From: Escherichia coli
GTDB taxonomy: Bacteria > Pseudomonadota > Gammaproteobacteria > Enterobacterales > Enterobacteriaceae
DNA: 64,000 nucleotides
Assembly (NCBI RefSeq): GCF_003790525.1
Contig: NZ_CP033636.1
Direction: 5' to 3' (one strand)
Shown here: piece by piece, positions 56,288 through 64,000 of the stretch
How positions within the stretch are numbered: the stretch's first letter is position 1
How the letters are laid out: each line of letters begins with the position of its first letter
Notes under the pieces: generated by a model
What the model saw: the letters and a program-made list of their open reading frames with translations, nothing else
Databases searched by the model: none
What the model was told of the DNA's origin: nothing
Position numbers and translations under genes: made by a program

Positions 56288-59200
56288 TTACTCACTGCTT
56301 GGTATTGATACAGTGTTTTCAGACTTACTTGCCTCTTCAGCCGGTCCGAAAACTGTCACGTGCTGCGTTGCAAAGTCTCCACTATCATCATAAGCAATTA
56401 CTTTTATGTCCTGCTTACCACGGTTAAGGTTTTTAGAAAGTGTAGCCGTACTACCGAAAACGTTCCTTAATTCGCCGTTGATGAACCATTCATATCTAAC
56501 CATTTTTCCATCAGTATCATCACATTTATTGGTAAAGCTCCAGCTTAGGTTGGTTTCCGTGTAGCTCAATGTACAATTAGGCACTGCGTTTTTAACGACA
56601 TCAAACTCAACAGATGCTGAACCTCTCTGTCCAAGTTTACTAACAACATCAATTGTGATCTCGTATTTCTTTTCTTTTAAACCCGAAATCAGTTGAGCCC
56701 AATAATTTTTGCCGCTGGGTATTACCTCACCGTTCACCTTGTATGTGACCGTATCTATCGAGTCCGCCGAATGAGATAGCTTGATGTTTGACCTTAAGGT
56801 TACATCGAGTGGAGCTCTCATATATTTGTTAGAGAACTTGGGTGTCATCTCAACGTTCATTGGCGTTTGTTCATCGACAACAAAGGTATTTTCGATACGC
56901 TGTTCATTGTTGCGGTTATCTTTGAAAACAACCATCAATGTATATTTGCCAGGATTTTCAATTGTAAATTCTTTGGTGTCACCTTCATCTTTAGTGATTA
57001 CCAGATTCTCTTTGTCGTAAATCCATTCTCGGGAATAAGTAACACCAGGATAGTCTCCATCCTTAATACCGCTCAACGCAACGCGTAGGGTGGTCGGTGC
57101 CATGTCGTATTTAAGTTTGGAGCTTATTTTCATTTCGGGGAATTTATAAACCCACGATTTGACAGAAACTCTACGGGTAGAAACCGTATTCACCTTATTG
57201 TCCGCTAACCATGCACTGTATTCAAAAGCAGCATATCCCTGTTTATCCAACATTTGCTCAGTAAGGGTAACAGACAGTGTAGAGCCTTTAAATGTCTGGC
57301 CATCCGGTGTTTTCCATTCTTCAACTACGTTATTACCATTCTGGTACTTACTGTTAGGGTTCGTGAACTTACCTTCCAAAGTAACTTTTTGACCAACCTC
57401 TACCTTAGAAACCCCCGTTACCGAGACAGAAAGGCGCTTGGGTTTTGCGGCTGCCAACCGAGCAGACGTTTCCTTCCATGAAGACTCCTCTGCCAGTTCA
57501 TCGGAATCAAGGTAACGCATCCGGGCATAAATCGTAGACGGTAGGGTATCAGCTGAAGCCACAGTGTAAGTTGTATCTCCCTGCACCCAGTTGACTTTAT
57601 CCTCTGACCAGAGAACCTCAGCGGTGCCTGCTGGTATAGGCTCATCGTTATCAAGCAGGGTTACAGGTACATCTGAGCCCTGAAGAATGTCTGTCACATC
57701 TATACTGAGCTTAGGCTGCTTGTAGGTAACTACCGTTAAGGCATCTGTGTAGGAAACCTTAGATGTGAATTTATTGGTCATTTTTGCCCTATAAAGCCAC
57801 TTTCCTACTTCTGTCTTTTTGATACTTACACTTCTCTTTCCGGTCATGTCGGAAAGCATATTCCAGGTTTGACCATTATCAGAGGACTGCTGCCATTCGG
57901 TGGGGGCAAGTGCGTCAGAGTTAGCAGTACTGGCAGATTTGAAGCTTACCAGAGTACTAAGTGGGATCCTTCCGATAATAAGGCTTTTCGACAGGTTACC
58001 CTCCAGTTCCTCACCTTTATAGATTCGAATGCCTACAGCACTGGTCTCACGTTTCATTTCAAAATCAGAGAATGGCGATCTGACCTTAGCCACACCAACC
58101 AGACGCATATTACCCAGATCCATATTTTCAATTTTAATCTTGGTTTCGACAATGCCCGCATCATTGACCGGCAATGCTTCAGTCAGCGCAGTTCTTTCGT
58201 ATGTAGTTTTATAACGGCCTGTTTCTGGATCTTTGCCGTATACACTTTTTTGCGAGTATATCGTGACGTCCCATTCTCCCATTGTTTTACGGTCAAATGC
58301 ACTTTTACGTGTGGAGTTGTTATAACGCCCCACTGTTACCTTTAAGGGCACTTCAAGAGATGTGGCTGTTTTTCTGTCATCCACTTCCATCGATGCTCGA
58401 ATATTGAAATCAGGCACCGTATATACGTTGAGTGTGTCTGTAGTTCTTAATTCTGGATCCTTTGAGTATTCTACAGCTATGTCAAAGACGTTCTTTGTCC
58501 ACAATGGTGCAGCAGCAACCTTAACCCTTTGTACAAAGGTCGTTGCATCGTTGTTTGAGGAACGATTTTTAAATGACGTTTTGACAGCCTCAGAGCCGTT
58601 TTGAGAGACGATCATCGTAACGTCAGCTGGTACCACCTTCGCTAATATTCGAGCGGCCTCCCCCCCGGTCGTATAAGCCAGAGCAGTGTTCGGATTGATG
58701 CCAGCTATGACTTTATTCTTTTTGTAAGAGATGATCGGGTTGTATGGTAATTGTGTGGTCAGAGTACGGCGATTCCTTGCGGATACCGCTTTAGAGCCCT
58801 TCCCGTTAATCATATAGACTTGATAGTCGAGCAGATTCTCACCTGTTTTATTAAAGAATCCAGTTAGACCCGGGGTACGTCCTTTAAAATAGAACTCCAA
58901 CCCATCAGGGACATTGTTCCACTGAGGGTAGCATGCTGTAACATCTGATTTTTCCCCATACCAGGCGAGGTAAGCATTCGCATTTTCCTCTGTGGTAAAC
59001 AGAGTGCATTTATCACCAGCTGTTTGACTAAGCAGGTCCGTATACTGACGTACACGCGAGTAAAGAGTTACGTTTTTTTCCAGATTCTTGAGAGTGAATC
59101 CAGTAGGTTGATAAGTGAAAACGGTACTGAAATTAACGTTTTTTCCATAAAGGTTTTCAGCCACCACAGTAATCTCGTGATCCGAATTAACTGCTAAATC

Positions 59201-60592
59201 GTCTCCAACCGGCAGGTAGTAAATACCTCTATAATTTGTAGGTGTTAACGAAACTACTTTGTTGTCTATTGTTACTGATTTTATGTCAGCAACCCCAGCC
59301 TGCCCCTGGAAAGCTGCAACGATAATCTCGTTCAGGAAGTATACGGGTGCTCGTTTAGTTAATACCTGCCCATCTTTGAGAACCATAAGCGTTGGGTTAT
59401 CAGACAGCATCAGTTTGCTTTCAGGCTCAGTGTACGTAGAAGAGTTTTTGCTCGTATTTTCTACTGTAAAAGTCGCTGCGTAGGACCCGTTTATAAGATC
59501 CGTTAAGTCGAAGATATAGAGGTACTCATCACCGACTTTTTGAGGTCCACTTACCGGCTGTAAAGTTCTACGTAAAGGGGTTGCCCAGGACTGTTTGAAA
59601 TCAATCTCAGTGCCATCATCTAAAGTCACTTTAGTCGTCGGTTTAAACACGCCATCCGGAGTCATAGTGAGCGACATAGCTGTTGGGAGCCACCATTCAC
59701 CTTCTGTTTCTTGCTGGGGTACCTTAACGGCCACAGCAACGGTTTTGGCTCCGGTATAGATGTCCTGGCCACCTACTTTGATTGTTTTAGCCTCATCGGT
59801 AAAATTCCAAAGTGTATGGTCTACTACAGGAGGCCGATAATCCCAGTTAACAACAAGCTTTTTGGATTCAGGAGGTGCGAAATAATTATTCTTAGAGTTT
59901 GCTGTAATTGTGATATCACGTGAACCCAAAAGTTCATCTGTATCACTGGCCTTAATGCTTCCAACTTCAATGGTACAGGAAGTTCCGCCAATAGGAACTT
60001 CACAGGCGGAGCCTGAACCTATTGAGATGTATTGAATATAATTGCGGGGCTCAACAGAAACAGCGATATCTTTGATCGCTTCATCCTTTAAATACGATTT
60101 GAAAGAAAAGCCGTCATAGACTAATCCGTTCAGGGATGATTTAAGACCGGTGATAGTAGGTTTTACCGGTGCCACACTTTTGATTGAATATTCACCTTTT
60201 ACTATTTCAACTTTTTTCCGTTCAGAACCAGAGAAGTAAGAAATCTTGTAAGGTAGTTTTAAATCACCGGTGGTGTTGGGAACGCCTGAAAGAGTGAAAC
60301 CGTTAGAAGTAAATCCCAAGGTATTGGGTAACCACTCAAAAAAACAAACGAGGTTATCAACAGAGGAAGTCGCTCGATCATCAACCGTTACATTACAGGC
60401 TGTGCCTGCACCTGAGGCAGTGATAGTGTTAGAATTAACGTATGCAACAAAGTCGCCCGGCCCCGGGTCAAAGGATACGGCTGGCAAATCAGCCTGTAGC
60501 TTTCCTGAAATCATAATCGCTTCGGCGTAGACCGCTTTAATCGGAGCAATTAAAGAAAACAACAGGGCTAAACCTAAACCTGATTTTCTCAT
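56288..60592 (-). CDS. large exported protein (1434 aa), beta-rich, possible surface or adhesin-like repeats
   Basis: Signal peptide MRKSGLGLALLFSLIAPIKAVYA; Thr/Ser/Val/Asn-rich composition; no nucleotide-binding motif seen; function unknown. Confidence 0.5.
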   Translation of the reverse strand: MRKSGLGLALLFSLIAPIKAVYAEAIMISGKLQADLPAVSFDPGPGDFVAYVNSNTITASGAGTACNVTVDDRATSSVDNLVCFFEWLPNTLGFTSNGFTLSGVPNTTGDLKLPYKISYFSGSERKKVEIVKGEYSIKSVAPVKPTITGLKSSLNGLVYDGFSFKSYLKDEAIKDIAVSVEPRNYIQYISIGSGSACEVPIGGTSCTIEVGSIKASDTDELLGSRDITITANSKNNYFAPPESKKLVVNWDYRPPVVDHTLWNFTDEAKTIKVGGQDIYTGAKTVAVAVKVPQQETEGEWWLPTAMSLTMTPDGVFKPTTKVTLDDGTEIDFKQSWATPLRRTLQPVSGPQKVGDEYLYIFDLTDLINGSYAATFTVENTSKNSSTYTEPESKLMLSDNPTLMVLKDGQVLTKRAPVYFLNEIIVAAFQGQAGVADIKSVTIDNKVVSLTPTNYRGIYYLPVGDDLAVNSDHEITVVAENLYGKNVNFSTVFTYQPTGFTLKNLEKNVTLYSRVRQYTDLLSQTAGDKCTLFTTEENANAYLAWYGEKSDVTACYPQWNNVPDGLEFYFKGRTPGLTGFFNKTGENLLDYQVYMINGKGSKAVSARNRRTLTTQLPYNPIISYKKNKVIAGINPNTALAYTTGGEAARILAKVVPADVTMIVSQNGSEAVKTSFKNRSSNNDATTFVQRVKVAAAPLWTKNVFDIAVEYSKDPELRTTDTLNVYTVPDFNIRASMEVDDRKTATSLEVPLKVTVGRYNNSTRKSAFDRKTMGEWDVTIYSQKSVYGKDPETGRYKTTYERTALTEALPVNDAGIVETKIKIENMDLGNMRLVGVAKVRSPFSDFEMKRETSAVGIRIYKGEELEGNLSKSLIIGRIPLSTLVSFKSASTANSDALAPTEWQQSSDNGQTWNMLSDMTGKRSVSIKKTEVGKWLYRAKMTNKFTSKVSYTDALTVVTYKQPKLSIDVTDILQGSDVPVTLLDNDEPIPAGTAEVLWSEDKVNWVQGDTTYTVASADTLPSTIYARMRYLDSDELAEESSWKETSARLAAAKPKRLSVSVTGVSKVEVGQKVTLEGKFTNPNSKYQNGNNVVEEWKTPDGQTFKGSTLSVTLTEQMLDKQGYAAFEYSAWLADNKVNTVSTRRVSVKSWVYKFPEMKISSKLKYDMAPTTLRVALSGIKDGDYPGVTYSREWIYDKENLVITKDEGDTKEFTIENPGKYTLMVVFKDNRNNEQRIENTFVVDEQTPMNVEMTPKFSNKYMRAPLDVTLRSNIKLSHSADSIDTVTYKVNGEVIPSGKNYWAQLISGLKEKKYEITIDVVSKLGQRGSASVEFDVVKNAVPNCTLSYTETNLSWSFTNKCDDTDGKMVRYEWFINGELRNVFGSTATLSKNLNRGKQDIKVIAYDDSGDFATQHVTVFGPAEEASKSENTVSIPSSE
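57378..57388. repeat. AAAGTWACTTT palindrome copy 12 (inside 1434-aa CDS, encodes K-V-T-L)
   Basis: Exact match ccAAAGTAACTTTTTga. Confidence 0.9.
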
Positions 60593-60711
60593 GACGAATA
60601 CCTGTTTTTCTGAGCAAAATTAAACTCACTTTACGATGAAAAACAGAAATATCCGTTCGTATAACATTTAAAAAAACCTGTATTTTTCCATGTATTCCGT
60701 ATGTTAATACG

Positions 60712-61293
60712 CTATTTTGAATTCTTGGCTTCAGATAAGCGAAGCGCGGTAATTATAGACTCGGAGCTTACCCAAGGCGTTTTTTGAGCAAGATATCCAA
60801 GTATGTAGAGGCCAATTTTAACGCAGTCCATTTGTGAGACGGGGACCATGTGCATGAAGGGTTTTAAGCCGTCTTTATCGACTGGAACTATCCCTGCTGA
60901 TAACAACAAACCGCCCCTCTCGTTTGGGGTAACGCTTATATTTTTGTATACGACGTGGCCATGATGTGAGGTTTTCCTCTTATCAATTTTTAAAGTATGC
61001 ATGATTCTAAGAAATACAGATGCCATCTGCATAACTTCATTCGTCGACAATTTTAGAAGTACAGAACGGTTTGAGCCCCAGTCATAATCTTTTTTGGCGT
61101 TCCTCGGAGCGACGTGCAATGTAAGATAATAATTATCAATCTCATTTGAAAAAGGTGAAGGTTTTGATGAGCTAACATCTTCATTGTTCATCTCAATGAC
61201 AAGTGCTGCATCCTGACCAAAAGCTTTTACATTATGGTTTTTAAGAGAGAAGTCTGAAGTTGCCATATAAAAAGTCACTTTTGATAAAACCAC
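60712..61293 (-). CDS. hypothetical protein (193 aa)
   Basis: GTG start at 61293 preceded by AGGTGG; a near-variant motif AAAGTCACTTT lies in its first codons (61270-61280). Confidence 0.45.
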   Translation of the reverse strand: MVLSKVTFYMATSDFSLKNHNVKAFGQDAALVIEMNNEDVSSSKPSPFSNEIDNYYLTLHVAPRNAKKDYDWGSNRSVLLKLSTNEVMQMASVFLRIMHTLKIDKRKTSHHGHVVYKNISVTPNERGGLLLSAGIVPVDKDGLKPFMHMVPVSQMDCVKIGLYILGYLAQKTPWVSSESIITALRLSEAKNSK

Positions 61294-61700
61294 ATACCAC
61301 CTAATGATTCATCATCGGCAAGATGCTTGAAATTTGAGAGTGTATATCCTGTTTTGGTTTCAGAAATCACCATGCTGTAAGATGCCGTATGTACAAGGCG
61401 AGAATTGTTTAGATCAAGATCATCACAAAAACCAGGGCTTTTGACGGGGTCAGCCTTTTCAACAAAAGTTACTTTTGAAGCGATGCCGTTGATCACGATT
61501 TTCTCGTTATCAGCAATTTTAATGTTTAAAGAAGGCGAGCTTTTATCACATGGCAGGAAGAGTGATGTCTTTTTAAATGTGTTTCCAGTGAAGTCCAAAA
61601 GGTCAGGTTTAACCGGAACATTGTTTAGGATTTTATAAACTCCAGCAAATGCACATATCACAACAAAACCAGATAAAACATATCTAATCTTAGACTTCAT
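61275..61700 (-). CDS. hypothetical exported or membrane-anchored protein (141 aa)
   Basis: N-terminal hydrophobic segment YVLSGFVVICAFAGV; GAGAGGA SD. Confidence 0.45.
   Translation of the reverse strand: MKSKIRYVLSGFVVICAFAGVYKILNNVPVKPDLLDFTGNTFKKTSLFLPCDKSSPSLNIKIADNEKIVINGIASKVTFVEKADPVKSPGFCDDLDLNNSRLVHTASYSMVISETKTGYTLSNFKHLADDESLGGMWFYQK
61465..61475. repeat. AAAGTWACTTT palindrome copy 13 (inside CDS 61275..61700, encodes K-V-T-F)
   Basis: Exact match caAAAGTTACTTTTga. Confidence 0.9.
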
Positions 61701-62142
61701 CCCCCAGTTCCTCTCCTAAAAGTTTTAACGCACTTACGCACATAAGCCTCAACTGATACAGTAAGTTATCAGCGGTTATTCCACCAACGAAGGTAACTGT
61801 ACGTCGTATTGATGCTCCGCCAGGCTCGCACTGGATATGGCCGATACCAGAATCACGGAGGAAGTCATTTTCTGCACTTACAAGGTCTGACTCTACAGGT
61901 GGAATGATAACTTCAATGAGTATTGTATCAACTGGGGCCCACTCCCAATCGAACTTAAGAGAGGAAATTGGGGATATAGAAACAAGAAGCTCATCAATAT
62001 TAAAAATTACGGGTTTTATTCCCATAACCTCAGACTGAATGAAGTGGCTTTCTACCATAACTACCGGAAACTCTGAAATAGTCAGAACTCCGATTAACTG
62101 GTCTCGGCGTAAACCATGTATTAGTGAGTTGCGAGATAGCAT
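61690..62142 (-). CDS. hypothetical protein (about 150 aa)
   Basis: ATG at 62142 preceded by AAAGG; the track ORF starts at TTG 62169. Confidence 0.4.
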   Translation of the reverse strand: MLSRNSLIHGLRRDQLIGVLTISEFPVVMVESHFIQSEVMGIKPVIFNIDELLVSISPISSLKFDWEWAPVDTILIEVIIPPVESDLVSAENDFLRDSGIGHIQCEPGGASIRRTVTFVGGITADNLLYQLRLMCVSALKLLGEELGDEV

Positions 62143-62467
62143 TCGATCAGCCTTTATTATAATAATCAAACATTTGGGACAAGAACAAAAGGGATTACAG
62201 AAACGAAGATTCTACATGAACATCGTTGTCAGTGACCTTAGGTCCATCGGGTATAAGGGTATCAAAAAATCCTTACATAACCATTAAAGCACAGAGACTT
62301 TATAAGTAAAATAATAATTAAGTACCAGATTTATTAAGATAATTCTTAGGTTTTTTACAAATTTAGGAAAAATCCGCACTTCCTGTAACAGCACCCAAAT
62401 TAACCTAAAATACCGTTTCATTAACAGTAATTTTACATACCCAGGTGAAGCCTGAAATTATTATAAC

Positions 62468-62497
62468 AAAAAAAAGGCCAGCAAGTATGCTGGCTTT
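62468..62497 (-). terminator. Rho-independent terminator after the 212-aa gene
   Basis: A8 then GCCAGC-AAGTAT-GCTGGC on plus, i.e. hairpin followed by T8 on the minus strand. Confidence 0.6.
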
Positions 62498-62545
62498 CCT
62501 GGTAAGACAAGTTGGAACTCAGAAGTCGATTGTACTGTCTCTCAC

Positions 62546-63184
62546 CTATCTTGCCAAAGTTGCCAGTCGCTTGTTTGCCTTAGCTTTAGATTTTATGCTT
62601 ATGGAGGCGGTTTGATTTTCATCCGATACTTTTTCTAGCACTGGCACCACAGCGGAAATGGACTTTTCTTTTGAAATTTTGGATGCATCTGAAGAAAGTG
62701 GGCTTTCAGATGGTATAGAGGTATCGCTTCCCTCATTTTCAATCTTCACACCAAAGCAGGCATGTTCCTTTTGTACAAGGAAGGTTTCTTTTACAGAAAC
62801 AGAATCCTGCTTTGAATTATCTAATTGTAGAGGTGTTAAATACTCCTTAAACTTTTGATCTAAGACATTCTCTAGCAATACATTAATAGGAGGCTTAGGT
62901 TCAGTATCTATAGTATTTCCATCATTCAGAAACCTATTAAGATCTGCAAGTGTTAATCTTTCGTTTAAACCATTTATAAAATTTGCCAAGTCAGGAAATA
63001 AATTATTCAATACCAACCCGGTACTAATAGCCGACCTAATTAAATCCAGTTGGTCACCCCTATGAGAAAGTTCTGTTTTTTTCAAGAAACTATAAACATA
63101 GGGTGCTTTTCTTTCGGATATCCAGAAAGACCGGATCTGAATCCGGTCGTTATCTGCCTTATTTGAGATAGGGTTTTTAGCCAT
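62546..63184 (-). CDS. hypothetical protein (212 aa) downstream of the parM-like gene (possible partition adaptor)
   Basis: Position is where a ParR-type adaptor would sit; no sequence motif recognised. Confidence 0.4.
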   Translation of the reverse strand: MAKNPISNKADNDRIQIRSFWISERKAPYVYSFLKKTELSHRGDQLDLIRSAISTGLVLNNLFPDLANFINGLNERLTLADLNRFLNDGNTIDTEPKPPINVLLENVLDQKFKEYLTPLQLDNSKQDSVSVKETFLVQKEHACFGVKIENEGSDTSIPSESPLSSDASKISKEKSISAVVPVLEKVSDENQTASISIKSKAKANKRLATLAR

Positions 63185-63195
63185 GTTCTAGCTCA

Positions 63196-64000
63196 TTATT
63201 CTGAATAAATAGTATCAGCAATTGCCAAAGATAATGCGAACTGCGGATTGTCTACCATGATAACTTTAGCCGTTTCAAAATGTTTACGAATAGCTGTTTC
63301 GATGAGATATGAACCTCCCCCAACAAGGAAAACATTATGAGGCCTCTCTTCGACTTGTGTAACCGCTCTGATTACTTTACTTTGCAACTTCTGTACCGCA
63401 GAGTTTACCGCATCAAAAACACCGTCACGCTTGTCCTCTGCAACCTTCAAAGCTGATTTATCATGACGATTATCAACAAGATGATGAATGTAAGCATTAC
63501 TCGTATTCAGTTTCTCAGATTCAAGATACCTGCTGATCTCATCGTAAACAATAGAACAACCAATACGGTCAAAACCTTTTACTTTCGAAATCTGTTCTAA
63601 TTGCCCAGTAATACTTGCAACATCAAGAGTAGTACCACCAAGATCAATTACCAAACTTGATTCAAATGAAGCAATATCCTCAATTTCATCTGCCCGGGTC
63701 ACAGCTGGTAAAGATTCAGGGAAAACAGTCACAGACAAAACGTTGAAAGAATAGCGTTTACCGTCAAGATAACGCTCAACTGGTTTCATCAGGTTATCTT
63801 TTTTTCTCTGAATATTTTCAATATTCGTTTCCCCTAAAGCAGTATAGAACTGGCTAAGAGGTAAAGTAACAAAGAGGTGAACATCCTGAGGAACTAAACC
63901 AGAAGCATGAAGTGCATGGTGAACATTTAACCGGCTAATTTCATCGTATTGGTGAGATACATCAGTCGATTCCAGTGAGTTACTAGATTCGCTGTGATGC
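63196..64000 (-). CDS. parM: ParM/StbA-like actin-type partition ATPase, C-terminal part (gene continues past window end)
   Basis: Actin-fold phosphate-binding-like motifs LVIDLGGTTLDV and VFLVGGGS; frame stays open upstream of the first Met to the window edge. Confidence 0.55.
   Translation of the reverse strand, partial: HHSESSNSLESTDVSHQYDEISRLNVHHALHASGLVPQDVHLFVTLPLSQFYTALGETNIENIQRKKDNLMKPVERYLDGKRYSFNVLSVTVFPESLPAVTRADEIEDIASFESSLVIDLGGTTLDVASITGQLEQISKVKGFDRIGCSIVYDEISRYLESEKLNTSNAYIHHLVDNRHDKSALKVAEDKRDGVFDAVNSAVQKLQSKVIRAVTQVEERPHNVFLVGGGSYLIETAIRKHFETAKVIMVDNPQFALSLAIADTIYSE

Noticed and set aside
6168-61475. K-V-T-F as a shared protein motif explaining the 11-mer
   Set aside because: The same 11-mer occurs in intergenic DNA and in a second codon register (S-N-F), and the proteins are otherwise unrelated, so a DNA-level explanation fits better
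1-64000. tRNA, rRNA, insertion sequences or transposase genes
   Set aside because: No cloverleaf-compatible segments, rRNA-like conserved stretches, terminal inverted repeats with transposase ORFs, or DDE-type motifs were recognised by eye; absence is not proven without a proper scan

Overview
The window is a composite accessory region that looks like an IncHI-type conjugative plasmid backbone carrying a tellurite-resistance island. Left to right: (1) a hipBA-like toxin-antitoxin pair (hipA runs off the window start) and a few small unknown genes; (2) the terZABCDEF operon on the minus strand; (3) diverging from it on the plus strand, a ter-associated biosynthetic operon (ATP-grasp, two PRTase-like genes, HAD, HpcH-like aldolase), terW, and a TerY(vWA)/TerX/PP2C phosphatase/Ser-Thr kinase module; (4) from about 24 kb an AT-richer (by eye), almost unidirectional minus-strand block of mostly unknown genes with a tyrosine recombinase, five tandem paralogous ~300-aa genes, a CHC2/TOPRIM primase, a CobT-like vWA protein, a MoxR/CobS-like AAA+ ATPase and a UvrD-like helicase; (5) F-like/IncH transfer genes (S26 peptidase, TraW, TraU, TraN homologues), a 1434-aa exported protein, and a ParM-like gene running off the window end. 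No rRNA, tRNA, CRISPR array or transposase was recognised. The most striking unexplained signal is an 11-bp palindrome AAAGTWACTTT present in 13 exact copies across coding and non-coding DNA. A second is a family of GC-rich intercistronic hairpins punctuating the AT-rich block. All calls rest on reading the six-frame translations and the sequence by eye; no database search was run.
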